A DNA stretch of 64,000 bases from an uncultured Bacilli bacterium (GTDB lineage Bacteria; Bacillota_I; Bacilli_A; RF39; UBA660), in the NCBI GenBank assembly GCA_947626115.1, contig CANQQX010000003.1:415-64414 (forward strand), given 5' to 3'. The notes beneath the pieces were generated by a model that ran no database searches, was not told the DNA's origin, and saw only the letters and a list, made by a program, of their open reading frames with translations. Position numbers and translations under genes: made by a program. Positions 50,470-60,984 of this stretch are shown piece after piece. Positions within the stretch are counted from its first letter, which is position 1. Each line of letters begins with the position of its first letter.

Positions 50470-52047
50470 TTAAATGATTTCTACTTTACTTTTATCAAAT
50501 ACATCATTGATAGCAATATTATCATCTACTTCTTTAACTACTTCATCCAACAACTTATATTGTACTTTATTTTTAATGTTTACGATATACTTTTCTCTTT
50601 CTTTTTGCCATCTACTTTCAGAAATAAATATTAATTTATATTGCTTATTTATTTCATTTTGAATAGATTCTTCTATTGTGTTAAGCATATTATTAGCAGT
50701 ATCAATATTATGCTCATTTTTACAAGTTAGAATTAAATTTGTATTGGAAGCCGCGACTACAGTACTATCTAACATTATTGCTTTTATTTTACCTGTTATA
50801 TTTATTGATGAAGAATAATTACTTAAATCTTCCTTTGCTTCTTCCAAATATTTCTTTTGCGCTCCCACAAAACAATTATTTATTCTTATATCAATTAATG
50901 AATTGTCTATTTTTACATTTTCTTTTCTATTTTCTTCTCTAATTGATTCTTCTTGCATTTCTTTTGGTTGCTCAATTATTACATTTTTTTCTTCTTCTGT
51001 TATAGTATTTTGGTTACTATTATTTGTTTCAAAAAAATCTAATAAGTACATCTCTAATATTGTATAAGAATCGACATTGATATTAATTTTTGTTAAACTT
51101 TCAGCTAATTTTAAAACTAAATTTTTATAATCCTTATCATTTAATCTTTGAATTTTACCATTTAATTTTATATTTTTAGCTTTCTTACTAGCAATTGTAA
51201 TTATTTTTTTTATAAGTGTTTTATAATCAACTGCCCGCATTCGATAATCATTAATTATTTCTAAACATTTATTAAAATCATTATCTTCTATTGTATTTAA
51301 AAAATCATTAATACTTTTTTGGGATATTGTTTTTATTTGCTTTTCTATTAATTCTAAAGTTATTTTTTGACCATTTTTAGATAATTGATCGAGTAAACTT
51401 AAAGAATCTCGCATTCCACCATCAGAAAGTTCTGCAATTTCTTGTAATGCTTCATCTTCAATATCTATACTTTCTTTTTCACACACTGTTTTTAATCTGT
51501 TTACAATGTCATCAATTTTAATCTTTTGAAAGTCAAACCTTTGACATCTAGATAATATGGTTATTGGTACATTTTCAATATTAGTTGTAGCTAAAATAAA
51601 AATAGAATGTGCTGGTGGTTCTTCTAATGTTAAAAGTAAGGCATTAAAAGCGCTAGTTGATAACATATGAACTTCATCAATTATATATACTTTATACTTA
51701 CCATTTGTTGGTGTAAGTTTAACATTATCAATTAAAGTTCTTATTTCATCTACCCCATTATTTGAAGCAGCATCAATTTCAATTATGTCCGGATTTTCTG
51801 CAAAATTAAGGCAAAAATCACATTCACCACAAGGATCACCATCTTTTGAATTTAAACAATTAATTGCCTTAGCAAATACTTTAGCTGTACTAGTTTTACC
51901 TGTACCTCTAGGGCCAGAAAATATATAAGCATGAGAAATATTTCCATTTTTAATGGAATTTTTTAAAGTCTTAATAATATAATCTTGACCAACTATATTT
52001 TCAAAGTCACTTGGGCGATATTTACGATATAAAACTTTATAATTCAT
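50470..52047 (-). CDS. dnaX: DNA polymerase III subunit gamma/tau
   Basis: Translation contains YRKYRP...HAYIFSGPRGTGKTS...CGECDFC...IIDEVHMLS. Confidence 0.96.
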   Translation of the reverse strand: MNYKVLYRKYRPSDFENIVGQDYIIKTLKNSIKNGNISHAYIFSGPRGTGKTSTAKVFAKAINCLNSKDGDPCGECDFCLNFAENPDIIEIDAASNNGVDEIRTLIDNVKLTPTNGKYKVYIIDEVHMLSTSAFNALLLTLEEPPAHSIFILATTNIENVPITILSRCQRFDFQKIKIDDIVNRLKTVCEKESIDIEDEALQEIAELSDGGMRDSLSLLDQLSKNGQKITLELIEKQIKTISQKSINDFLNTIEDNDFNKCLEIINDYRMRAVDYKTLIKKIITIASKKAKNIKLNGKIQRLNDKDYKNLVLKLAESLTKININVDSYTILEMYLLDFFETNNSNQNTITEEEKNVIIEQPKEMQEESIREENRKENVKIDNSLIDIRINNCFVGAQKKYLEEAKEDLSNYSSSINITGKIKAIMLDSTVVAASNTNLILTCKNEHNIDTANNMLNTIEESIQNEINKQYKLIFISESRWQKEREKYIVNIKNKVQYKLLDEVVKEVDDNIAINDVFDKSKVEII

Positions 52048-52098
52048 GATGATTTCCTTTCATCTTTAATTATATCAATTTTATACCTATTTTTAAAG

Positions 52099-52521
52099 CT
52101 AATCTCTCAATTTTTTAAAAAAATTATCGACTATTTTTTGATATTCTTTTTTCAAAAAAATGCAATCATTTGTTTGCATAATATTTTCTATATTATTTTG
52201 ATTATTTTGTTCTAATAGATAATATACTTTATCTATTCTAGATTCATTAATTACCATTTGACACATTTGACATGGTGCTAAAGTAACATACATTATACAT
52301 CCATCTAAACGCCAATCTTTAATATTTTTTTCAGCCTTTAATATTGCATTTATTTCAGCATGTCCTAAAACATTATATTTATATTGTCTATTATTATGTG
52401 CTTTGGATATTATTTTATTATTTTTAACAATTACGACTCCAACAGGTATTTCATTTTTTTTATATGCTTTAATTGCTTCATTATAAGCAATTTGCATATA
52501 CTTATTTATATTATTATTCAT
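52099..52521 (-). CDS. tadA: tRNA-specific adenosine deaminase
   Basis: Translation contains HAEINAI...PCQMCQ. I prefer the ATG at 52521, because the longer track ORF would run into the SRP RNA. Confidence 0.9.
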   Translation of the reverse strand: MNNNINKYMQIAYNEAIKAYKKNEIPVGVVIVKNNKIISKAHNNRQYKYNVLGHAEINAILKAEKNIKDWRLDGCIMYVTLAPCQMCQMVINESRIDKVYYLLEQNNQNNIENIMQTNDCIFLKKEYQKIVDNFFKKLRD

Positions 52522-52536
52522 ATCACTATCTCCATT

Positions 52537-52613
52537 AAAAAAGCACACACAAACAGGGATCGATGTGGCTGCTGTCTTCCAACTCTGACCAGTTTACGAT
52601 ATATTTGTTGTGC
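52537..52613 (-). ncRNA. ffs: signal recognition particle RNA, minimal 4.5S-like form (about 71-77 nt)
   Basis: On the minus strand: GCACAACAAAUAUAUCGUAAACUGGUCAGAGUUGGAAGACAGCAGCCACAUCGAUCCCUGUUUGUGUGUGC followed by U6. The segment CUGGUCAGAGUUGGAAGACAGCAGCC aligns with E. coli domain IV (CAGGUCAGGUCCGGAAGGAAGCAGCC), including the GGAA tetraloop. The 5' and 3' ends pair. Confidence 0.85.
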
Positions 52614-52619
52614 AAGTTA

Positions 52620-52648
52620 ATATTATCATAAATCATCATTTAATGCAA
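52620..52648 (-). promoter_or_regulatory. promoter of the SRP RNA gene
   Basis: TTGCAT (52648-52643), a 17-nt spacer ending in TGA, then TAATAT (52625-52620). The predicted start is about 52613. Confidence 0.6.
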
Positions 52649-52650
52649 AA

Positions 52651-52666
52651 TATTTCCCGGGAAATA
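52651..52666. promoter_or_regulatory. perfect Noc-binding-site (NBS) palindrome
   Basis: TATTTCCCGGGAAATA, 7 bp from a parS site. Confidence 0.75.
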
Positions 52667-52673
52667 TTTTTAA

Positions 52674-52689
52674 TGTTTCACGTGAAACA
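52674..52689. promoter_or_regulatory. parS: perfect parS (ParB/Spo0J binding site)
   Basis: TGTTTCACGTGAAACA is the palindromic parS consensus. It lies about 10 kb from dnaA. Confidence 0.85.
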
Positions 52690-52863
52690 TTGATAATAAT
52701 TATTAAAAAATTATATAAATACAATCAATAGCAATTAATTATTAGATTTGTTTGTAATGATCTGTAAAATATAGAATTATATTTTTTATATTTATTAATT
52801 GTTTTTTTTAAAATAATTTTCATTTATATATTTTTTAAAATAGTTCATAAATCAAATTTCTAA

Positions 52864-52879
52864 TGTTTCACGTGAAACA
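52864..52879. promoter_or_regulatory. parS: perfect parS (ParB/Spo0J binding site)
   Basis: A second exact TGTTTCACGTGAAACA. Confidence 0.85.
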
Positions 52880-52895
52880 TTAGAAAACTAAAAAT

Positions 52896-52911
52896 TATTT
52901 CCCGGGAAATA
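52896..52911. promoter_or_regulatory. perfect Noc-binding-site (NBS) palindrome
   Basis: TATTTCCCGGGAAATA, 16 bp from the second parS and 19 bp after the gyrA stop. Confidence 0.75.
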
Positions 52912-52930
52912 ATTTAAAAGATGCTAATTA

Positions 52931-55450
52931 TTAATCAGCATCTTTATCATCATTTAAAGTTTCTTTATTTTGATTAGATTCAATAAAATTATCGTTTTCA
53001 TTAGATGATTTTTCATTTTCATTTGTTTCTTCTTCATTTTTATCAACAACACTGATAGTTGCCACTAATTGATTATCTCTCAATGAAATTAATCTTAAAC
53101 CTTGAGTGACTCTACCTAATATAGAAATTTGATCAACAGGAAGTTTAATAGTTATACCAGCATTTGTCATGATTACAACAGCTTTATCATCTTCAACAAC
53201 TTTAGCTGCAACTAAATTACCATTCTTTTCAGTAACATTTAGTGCAAGTACACCTTTACTACCACGTTTAGTTTGTCTAAAATCACAAACTTTTGTACGT
53301 TTGCCATAACCCTTCTCTGTTACTAATAAAATTATGGCATCATCGTTGACAACTTCACAACAAATACAAGATCCACCATCAAGATTAATACCTTTAACAC
53401 CTGTAGCTGTTCTACCCATACTTCTGATTTCGCTTTCAGCAAATTTAACCATTCGACCATGATCACTACCAAGTAAGATAATGTTTTCACCAGTTGTTTT
53501 CTTAACATCAATTAATTCATCATTTTCATTTAAATTAATACAAATTTTACCAGAAGTTCTTATATTTTCAAACTCAGTTAATAGTGTTTTCTTAACAATA
53601 CCTTTTCTTGTGGCAAATAATAAATATTTATGTTCATCATTTTTACTAATCTTAATAACAGAATTTATTTTTTCATCTTTTTCAATATTTAGTAAATTAA
53701 TAACTGGAATACCCTTTGATTGACGACTAAATTCTGGTATTTCATAACCTTTAATCCGATATACTTTACCTTTATTAGTAAAGAACATAATATAATCATG
53801 AGTTGATAAGTTAATTAAGTGTTCAACATAATCCTCATCATTAGTAGTAAGTCCTTTAACACCTACTCCACCACGATTTTGAACCCTAAATGTATCATTT
53901 GTTGTTCTCTTAATATAACCTTTATTTGTTAATACCACCATAACATCTTCTTCTGGTATTAAAGATTCATCTTCAATATATTCAATTGCAGTCATATCGA
54001 TTTTGGTACGACGATCAACAGCATATTTATCTTTAATTTCAAGAAGTTCATCACGAATAATACCTAAAATTTTCTCACGAGATGCTAAAATTGCTTTATA
54101 TTCTTCAATTTTTTGTAATAAATCTTTTAATTCTTCTTCAATCTTAGCTCTTTCTAGACCAGTTAAACGACGAAGTTTTAATTCTAAAATAGCATCCGCT
54201 TGAACATCTGTTAAGCCATATTTTTTCATTAAAGTTTCTTTTGCTATAATGTCTGTTTCAGATTCACGAATTATTTTAATAAAATCATCTAGATTATCTA
54301 GAGCAATTTTGTAACCTTCTAAGATATGTACCCTTTTTTCAGCCTTATCAAGATCATATCTAGTTCTTCTAATTATTACTTCTTCTTGATAATTTATATA
54401 TTTAGAAATAATATCTTTTAATCCTAAAGTTCTTGGAACTTTATTATCAATCATTAAGAAAATGATACCATAACTTGTTTGAAATTGCGTATGTTTATAT
54501 AAATTGTTAAGTACTACTTGTGGATTTGCTTCTTTTTTCAAAGTAATTGTTATTTTCAAACCATCTTTTAAATCTAGATGATAATCAGCAATGCCATCAA
54601 TTATTTTGTTATGAACAAGTTCAGCAACTTTATCTTTTAATTCAGTAAGATTAACACCATATGGTACTTCATCAATAATGATATAATTTTTACCATTTTT
54701 TTCTTCAATAGTGGCTTTACTACGAATAGTTATCGTACCTCTTCCAGTTTCATAAGCCTTTTTTATACCACTATTACCTAGAATAATACCTCCAGTTGGA
54801 AAATCTGGACCTTTAATATATTGCATTAAACCAGCAGTATCAATCTCTGGATTATCAATATAAGCTACACATCCATCAATTACCTCACCTAGGTTATGTG
54901 GGGGAATATTAGTAGCCATACCAACGGCAATACCCATCGTTCCACTAACTAGAATATTTGGAAATCTTGAAGGAAGTACTTCTGGTTCTTTTTCAGTTTC
55001 GTCAAAGTTTGGTAAGAAATTTACCGTATCTTTGTTAATATCTCTAAGTAACTCTAAAGAAATTTTAGCAAGCCTTGCTTCAGTATAACGAGATGCTGCT
55101 GGGGTTGGAATTGAGATGTTACCAAAGTTTCCATGACCATCAACAAGTGTATGCGTAAAGTTAAAATCTTGGGCAAGTCTTACCATCGCATCATAGATAC
55201 TTGAATCACCATGAGGGTGATATTTTCCCATTACATCACCAACAATACGAGCTGATTTACGATGTAATTTATCTGGCGTATATCCTGATTCAAACATTGA
55301 CCATAAAATACGACGATGTACTGGTTTTAGGCCATCTCGTAAATCTGGTACCGCTCTTGATGTAATAACGCTTACTGAATAATCAATAAAAGATTTTTTT
55401 ATTTCTGGTACAATGTTATTTTCAATTATTTTATCTTTTTCTTGATTCAT
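52931..55450 (-). CDS. gyrA: DNA gyrase subunit A
   Basis: Translation contains [11 protein letters not shown]...[15 protein letters not shown]. The C-terminal tail is polar and acidic. Confidence 0.97.
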   Translation of the reverse strand: MNQEKDKIIENNIVPEIKKSFIDYSVSVITSRAVPDLRDGLKPVHRRILWSMFESGYTPDKLHRKSARIVGDVMGKYHPHGDSSIYDAMVRLAQDFNFTHTLVDGHGNFGNISIPTPAASRYTEARLAKISLELLRDINKDTVNFLPNFDETEKEPEVLPSRFPNILVSGTMGIAVGMATNIPPHNLGEVIDGCVAYIDNPEIDTAGLMQYIKGPDFPTGGIILGNSGIKKAYETGRGTITIRSKATIEEKNGKNYIIIDEVPYGVNLTELKDKVAELVHNKIIDGIADYHLDLKDGLKITITLKKEANPQVVLNNLYKHTQFQTSYGIIFLMIDNKVPRTLGLKDIISKYINYQEEVIIRRTRYDLDKAEKRVHILEGYKIALDNLDDFIKIIRESETDIIAKETLMKKYGLTDVQADAILELKLRRLTGLERAKIEEELKDLLQKIEEYKAILASREKILGIIRDELLEIKDKYAVDRRTKIDMTAIEYIEDESLIPEEDVMVVLTNKGYIKRTTNDTFRVQNRGGVGVKGLTTNDEDYVEHLINLSTHDYIMFFTNKGKVYRIKGYEIPEFSRQSKGIPVINLLNIEKDEKINSVIKISKNDEHKYLLFATRKGIVKKTLLTEFENIRTSGKICINLNENDELIDVKKTTGENIILLGSDHGRMVKFAESEIRSMGRTATGVKGINLDGGSCICCEVVNDDAIILLVTEKGYGKRTKVCDFRQTKRGSKGVLALNVTEKNGNLVAAKVVEDDKAVVIMTNAGITIKLPVDQISILGRVTQGLRLISLRDNQLVATISVVDKNEEETNENEKSSNENDNFIESNQNKETLNDDKDAD

Positions 55451-55460
55451 TTTAAACCTC

Positions 55461-57386
55461 CTAAATATCTACATTTTCCGCAAATGCTGCATTTTCTTCA
55501 ATAAATTGTCTTCTAGGTTCTACTTCTTCACCCATCAACATTGAAAATGCTTCATCAGCTGCAATAGCATCATCTACAGTAATTCTTCTTAAAATTCTTG
55601 TATTAATATCCATCGTAGTTTCATTTAATTCTGGTGCGTCCATTTCACCTAACCCTTTCATTCTTGTTATTTCATATTTAGTATTAGGATTTAACGATGC
55701 AATATAAGCATCTCTTTCTTTTTCATTTAAAACATACTTCCTGGTTTTACCATGAGTAATTCTAAATAGCGGTGGTTGAGCCGCATATACGTGTCCTGCT
55801 TCAACAATTGGTTTAAAGAAACGATAGAATAATGTTAATAATAATACTCTAATATGGGCTCCATCGACATCGGCATCTGTCATTATAATAATTTTATCGT
55901 ATCTAAGTTTACTTAAATCAAAATTATCACCAATACCAGTACCAAAAGCGGTAATAATTGTTCTAATTTCTTCATTGGATAATGCTCTATCCATTCTTGC
56001 TTTTTCCACATTTAATATTTTACCTCTTAAAGGCAAAATGGCTTGTGTCATTGAGTTACGACCTTCAATAGCAGAACCTCCTGCTGAATCACCTTCGACT
56101 ATAAATATTTCACAAACTGATGGATCTTTTTCCTTACAATCTTCTAATTTTCCACCAAAGTTAACAATATCTAAATCGCTTTTTCTTCTGGCTACTTCTC
56201 TCGCCTTTTTAGCTGCGACTCTTGCTCTTGCTGCTGTCATCGTTTTTTCAACTATAATTTTTGCTTCATCTGGATTTTCCATTAAGAATCTTTCAAATCC
56301 TTTAGAGAATACACTATCAGCTAATTTTCTTACTTCACTATTACCAAGTCTTCCTTTTGTTTGACCTTCAAATTGCGGATTAGGATGCTTACAAGAAATA
56401 ATCATTGTAAGACCTTCTTTAACATCATCACCAGATAGTGATTCATCCTTTTCTTTTAACATATTAGTTTTTCTAGCATAATTGTTGATAACTCTTGTTA
56501 AAGCTCTTCTAACTCCTTCTTCATGGGTACCACCATCGTGTGTATTAATGTTGTTAACAAATGAATATATGCTATCACTGTATCCAGAGTTATATTGCAT
56601 AGCAACTTCAAACATTATGCCATCTTCTTCACCTTCAAGATGAATTATTTCATCGTGGATAGGAGTTTTTGATGTATTTAAATACTTAACATATTCAGAG
56701 ATACCACCTTCATAATGGAAAGTTTCACCTGTAGTATCTTCTTCATCACGGTCATCTCTAATTGTAAGTGATAATCCACGATTTAAGAATGCTAACTCTC
56801 TTATTCTTACCTTTAGAGTTTCATAATCATAGATATCAGTATCAAAAATATCTGGATCAGGTTTAAATTCAACAGTTGTACCAGTTCTATTTGGTTCACA
56901 TTCACCAATAACTGTTAACTTTTGGACAGTTTTTCCACCATCAGCAAATTTTGCTTCATGAATTTTACCATCACGATAAACTGTTACATTTACCCATTTT
57001 GATAAGGCATTAACAACTGATGCACCAACACCATGAAGTCCGCCACTTACTTTATAGCCACCTTCACCAAATTTACCACCAGCATGTAATACTGTATAAA
57101 CAGTTTCAACCGTGGAAATACCTGTTTTAGGATGAATTCCTGTTGGAATACCACGACCATTATCTTTAACTGTTATTGAATTACCTTTATTAATTATTAC
57201 TTCAATATGGTTACAAAAACCTGCTAAAGCTTCATCTATAGCATTATCAACAATTTCCCATACTAAATGATGTAATCCTTTAACATCGGTAGTACCAATG
57301 TACATACCTGGTCTTTTTCTTACTGCTTCTAAGCCTTCTAGGACTTGAATATCACTTTCATTATAATGTAAATTTTCATTATTCAT
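55461..57386 (-). CDS. gyrB: DNA gyrase subunit B
   Basis: Translation contains [16 protein letters not shown]...EGDSAGGS...[10 protein letters not shown]. Confidence 0.97.
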   Translation of the reverse strand: MNNENLHYNESDIQVLEGLEAVRKRPGMYIGTTDVKGLHHLVWEIVDNAIDEALAGFCNHIEVIINKGNSITVKDNGRGIPTGIHPKTGISTVETVYTVLHAGGKFGEGGYKVSGGLHGVGASVVNALSKWVNVTVYRDGKIHEAKFADGGKTVQKLTVIGECEPNRTGTTVEFKPDPDIFDTDIYDYETLKVRIRELAFLNRGLSLTIRDDRDEEDTTGETFHYEGGISEYVKYLNTSKTPIHDEIIHLEGEEDGIMFEVAMQYNSGYSDSIYSFVNNINTHDGGTHEEGVRRALTRVINNYARKTNMLKEKDESLSGDDVKEGLTMIISCKHPNPQFEGQTKGRLGNSEVRKLADSVFSKGFERFLMENPDEAKIIVEKTMTAARARVAAKKAREVARRKSDLDIVNFGGKLEDCKEKDPSVCEIFIVEGDSAGGSAIEGRNSMTQAILPLRGKILNVEKARMDRALSNEEIRTIITAFGTGIGDNFDLSKLRYDKIIIMTDADVDGAHIRVLLLTLFYRFFKPIVEAGHVYAAQPPLFRITHGKTRKYVLNEKERDAYIASLNPNTKYEITRMKGLGEMDAPELNETTMDINTRILRRITVDDAIAADEAFSMLMGEEVEPRRQFIEENAAFAENVDI

Positions 57387-58476
57387 AAATACTCTCCTTT
57401 ACTTCACCATCTAAAACATTAAAAGTTTTAGCATTTTTTAATATTTTCTTATCTAATCTTTCTAATTCAGTTGTTGTAATAAATGTTTGAATATCCTTAT
57501 TTAATAATTTAACGATATTTTTTATTTTTTTATTATCAAGAGCACTGAATAAGTCATCTAAAATTAAAATTGGATAATCATTTGTTGTATTCTTAATTAT
57601 TTCTATTTCTGCTAATTTAAAGGCAAAAATGGCATTTTTTTGTTGACCATTGCTACCCCATTCAGCAATATCTTTATTATCAAGTAAGAATATATAATCA
57701 TCATGATGCACACCAGATAATGTTTTACCCATTACTACTTCTCGATCATAATTTTTATTATAATATTTAAAAATATCATCTTCACTTTTATCTTTATAAT
57801 CAGAAATATATTTTACTTTTAAATCACCTATTTCAAATATCTCATGATATTTTTCATTAATATATTCATTTATTTTATTAATGAAATCTTCTCTATACTC
57901 ATATATTTTCTTACCATATTGAATTAATTTATGAGTTAATATATCTAAATAATCACGACTAGTATTACTATTTATATAGGCTTCTCTTAAATAGAAATTT
58001 CTTTGTTTTAATGTTTTATTATAACTATTCAAATAAATAATATAATCTTTTTGTAATTGACTAATTTCAATATTTAATTTTTTTCTTCTATTCTGTGGTG
58101 ATGATTTAAATATCATTTGTTCTTCAGGTTCTAATAAAACAATCTTAATATTAGTAATATAATCACTTACTTTAGATATTATATCGTTATCAATTTTAAC
58201 TTTTTTACCTTCTTTATTGATGATAACTTGATAATTATTGGTGGTATTTTTTATAACATCTCCTTCTATTTTAGTACTTACTTCTCCACTTCTTATTAAG
58301 TTTTTATCATTACTAGTTCGAAATGATTTGGTTAAAGATAAGGCATAGATGGCTTCAACTAAGTTAGTTTTACCTACTCCATTATTTCCATAAATAATAT
58401 TTAAGGTATCATTAAATTCTAAATTTAACTTTTCATAGTTACGAAAATTTTGGAGTTTTAAATTGTTGATTTTCAT
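57379..58476 (-). CDS. recF: DNA replication and repair protein RecF
   Basis: Translation contains [12 protein letters not shown]...[10 protein letters not shown]...[11 protein letters not shown]. It overlaps gyrB by 8 nt. Confidence 0.95.
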   Translation of the reverse strand: MKINNLKLQNFRNYEKLNLEFNDTLNIIYGNNGVGKTNLVEAIYALSLTKSFRTSNDKNLIRSGEVSTKIEGDVIKNTTNNYQVIINKEGKKVKIDNDIISKVSDYITNIKIVLLEPEEQMIFKSSPQNRRKKLNIEISQLQKDYIIYLNSYNKTLKQRNFYLREAYINSNTSRDYLDILTHKLIQYGKKIYEYREDFINKINEYINEKYHEIFEIGDLKVKYISDYKDKSEDDIFKYYNKNYDREVVMGKTLSGVHHDDYIFLLDNKDIAEWGSNGQQKNAIFAFKLAEIEIIKNTTNDYPILILDDLFSALDNKKIKNIVKLLNKDIQTFITTTELERLDKKILKNAKTFNVLDGEVKESIYE

Positions 58477-58566
58477 AATTAGCCTTTCTTTTAACTTCTA
58501 CTTAATAAAAATAATTTTTAAGTACTCCTATACCTATTAATAATTATAACACAAAATAGCGATATT

Positions 58567-59013
58567 TTAAACAAAATTTGTTAAATTTCGGGCTTTTATT
58601 GTATTATTTAACTTCAAATTATTTAGTAACAATTTTTCAAAACTATATTTTGATAATTTAGTATAAAATATTTGCTTATTATTACAGTTTATTTTGAGTA
58701 AATTAGCCTGTTCTTCATAATCTATAACTTTATTTGCCACAATTAACAAAGTATTATTATTTCTAATTGAATTAAGTGGTAACAAGGTAATACTTTCATT
58801 AATAACTATTGGAACACGATATTTAACATTTAAAATATGTTGACTACTTTTAATTCTGCCACTTAAAGTACTACCATAAAAATTACAATTATTGTTAAGA
58901 ATAGTTTTAATATTTTTGTTAATAACTCTTATTTTATCAACATCATAAATAATAGTTTTCTTATCTAATTTTCTTAAGGCAACTGTTTTTTCAGTAATTA
59001 TATAGTTATTCAT
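58567..59013 (-). CDS. ComK-family protein (short, 148 aa)
   Basis: NNCNFYGSTLSGRIKSSQHILNVKYRVPIVINESITLLPLNS...YSFEKL aligns by eye with B. subtilis ComK (SCRFFGSSYAGRKAGTYEVTKISHKPPIMV...FPTLS...NSFENQ). Confidence 0.6.
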   Translation of the reverse strand: MNNYIITEKTVALRKLDKKTIIYDVDKIRVINKNIKTILNNNCNFYGSTLSGRIKSSQHILNVKYRVPIVINESITLLPLNSIRNNNTLLIVANKVIDYEEQANLLKINCNNKQIFYTKLSKYSFEKLLLNNLKLNNTIKARNLTNFV

Positions 59014-59076
59014 AGAAAATCTCCTTTAAAAATTAGATGTTACTATAGCATATAAAAAGGAAATAATTTGTCGAAT

Positions 59077-59092
59077 TATTTCCCGGGAAATA
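59077..59092. promoter_or_regulatory. perfect Noc-binding-site (NBS) palindrome
   Basis: TATTTCCCGGGAAATA in the gap between family member 4 and the ComK-like gene. Confidence 0.75.
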
Positions 59093-59096
59093 TTTT

Positions 59097-59843
59097 TTAT
59101 CTACTTTTACCTTGTTCTAATGCTTTATTAACTCTAAATTCTTCTTCAAAGTTAGTAATAAATTTTATCATTTCTGGAGTAAGACCTATATTTAATAATG
59201 CTTGAATATAATTTTCTATATCTATATTATTTAATTCATCTGTTATAAACAAATTATTTTTTTCTATTAAATTAATTACTCTATATAATATATTAGCAGG
59301 TATCATATCTAGATTTTTTTTAGAAATATAGCCACTATTATACAAAAAGCATAAGTTTTCATAAGAAATTAATTTAGCATATCTATCTTTATCTCTATCT
59401 AAAAATTCTTGATAATCTTTTTTAACACTATCAACTGTTTTTTTATAATAATCTAACATTTGTAATTCTTGATAAATTGCACTTACTAATTCTTTAGTAG
59501 TACAATGAAATTCAATAATTATTTTTTTACCACCATCTTTAAAATTAACAGTATCAGATTCTTTTATATTTCCTAAATTATAACTTGTTAAAAAATTACT
59601 AATATACGGATAAATTTCATCATAACGATAAGTATTAAAATTAAAATAATCATTCTCTTTGGTATTTTTAAATTTATAATAGTAAGAATTCCAATGATTT
59701 ATTAATTCTTCTAAAAATCTTTTATATTCACATCTTTCTATTAAATAATTAGTATCATATTTTTCAATTTTTAATAATTCAAAATTATAAGAAGAAGCAT
59801 TTTTTACATTATGTATTTCTTCGTTTAAATTATTTTTAGACAT
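59097..59843 (-). CDS. unknown cytoplasmic protein, divergent member 4 of the YY-x-ELQR family with a C-terminal extension of about 100 aa
   Basis: Translation contains YDEIYPYISNFL...LVSAIYQELQMLDYYKK. The ATG at 59843 follows AAGGAAGGGA; the longer track ORF overlaps dnaN. Confidence 0.6.
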   Translation of the reverse strand: MSKNNLNEEIHNVKNASSYNFELLKIEKYDTNYLIERCEYKRFLEELINHWNSYYYKFKNTKENDYFNFNTYRYDEIYPYISNFLTSYNLGNIKESDTVNFKDGGKKIIIEFHCTTKELVSAIYQELQMLDYYKKTVDSVKKDYQEFLDRDKDRYAKLISYENLCFLYNSGYISKKNLDMIPANILYRVINLIEKNNLFITDELNNIDIENYIQALLNIGLTPEMIKFITNFEEEFRVNKALEQGKSR

Positions 59844-59865
59844 TTTACCAAAACTCCCTTCCTTT

Positions 59866-60984
59866 TTAATATGTTTTAACAGGTAAAATAAGTTCAATTA
59901 ATGATTCATCTTTGACTGATTTTATTAAAATTGGTTTATCATCACTATTAATTAATAACAATATATTATCGTCTTTAATAACTTTTAAAGCTTCAAGCAT
60001 ATAACGAGATGAGAATGATATTTCTAATTTTTCTTTATTACTACATTCAATAGCTAAATTTTCTTCAGTTTTACCTATTTCACTTGCACTTGATGTAATA
60101 GTCATTTTTTTACTATCAATAACTACTCTAACAATATTTTTATCTTTACTTTGAGCAAGTAAAGAAGCTCTATCAATGGCATCATTAAATGCTTTTAAAT
60201 CTAGATTAATCATATATGCAAATTCATTAGGTATAAAATGATTTGTATCAGGATAAGTACCACTTAATAAATTTGTTTGAAAATCTATATTATGATATTT
60301 AAATAATATTTTGTTACTAAATATATGCATAACAACATCATCTTCAGTTGTTAACATTTTTTCAAACTCACTAATACTTTTACCAGGGATAACTATATTA
60401 ATTGTACTATTAACAATGTTATCAAGTTTTAAATTTTTCTTAGCAAGTCTATATGAATCTGTTGCAATACATTCTAGATTATCTCCTAATATCTTTAAAT
60501 TAATACCAGTAAGTAATGGTCTTACTTCTTGCGTAGATACTGCATATACTGTTTCATTAATTATATCTTTTAATGTTTCAGCTTTAATTGTTATAGGTTC
60601 TTTACTATCTTCTAAAGTAATATGTGGATAATCATTAATATCATAACAATTTAAACTATATTCATTATTATCAGTATATATTTTTATTTTACTAGTATCT
60701 TCTGCTTCAAAAGTTATAATATCTGATGGCATTTTTCTTATAATATCTAAGATAAATTTACTTTGAATTATCATACTACCAGTATTCTCTATCTTTTTAA
60801 TATCTTTTTCATTAATAAATACTTTAATAGTAAGTTCTGAATCACTAGCAAGTAAACTTAATCCTTCATTAGTAAGATCAAATTTAATTCCATTAAGAAT
60901 AGGTATAGTCGTTCTTGTTCCTATTGCTCTAGTAACATTAGTTAACCCTTCTAATATAATATTCTTATCAATAACAAATTTCAT
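59866..60984 (-). CDS. dnaN: DNA polymerase III subunit beta (sliding clamp)
   Basis: 372 aa starting MKFVIDKNIILEGL..., downstream of dnaA. Confidence 0.96.
   Translation of the reverse strand: MKFVIDKNIILEGLTNVTRAIGTRTTIPILNGIKFDLTNEGLSLLASDSELTIKVFINEKDIKKIENTGSMIIQSKFILDIIRKMPSDIITFEAEDTSKIKIYTDNNEYSLNCYDINDYPHITLEDSKEPITIKAETLKDIINETVYAVSTQEVRPLLTGINLKILGDNLECIATDSYRLAKKNLKLDNIVNSTINIVIPGKSISEFEKMLTTEDDVVMHIFSNKILFKYHNIDFQTNLLSGTYPDTNHFIPNEFAYMINLDLKAFNDAIDRASLLAQSKDKNIVRVVIDSKKMTITSSASEIGKTEENLAIECSNKEKLEISFSSRYMLEALKVIKDDNILLLINSDDKPILIKSVKDESLIELILPVKTY

Noticed and set aside
49533-59092. The ATTTCCCGGGAAAT palindromes as intrinsic terminators or REP/MITE-type repeats.
   Set aside because: Read in the direction of the flanking minus-strand genes, they are not followed by U-tracts and have essentially no loop. 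The sequence equals the published Noc-binding-site consensus, and the neighbouring palindrome equals parS. A MITE interpretation of the 52651-52911 cassette cannot be fully excluded without genome-wide counts.
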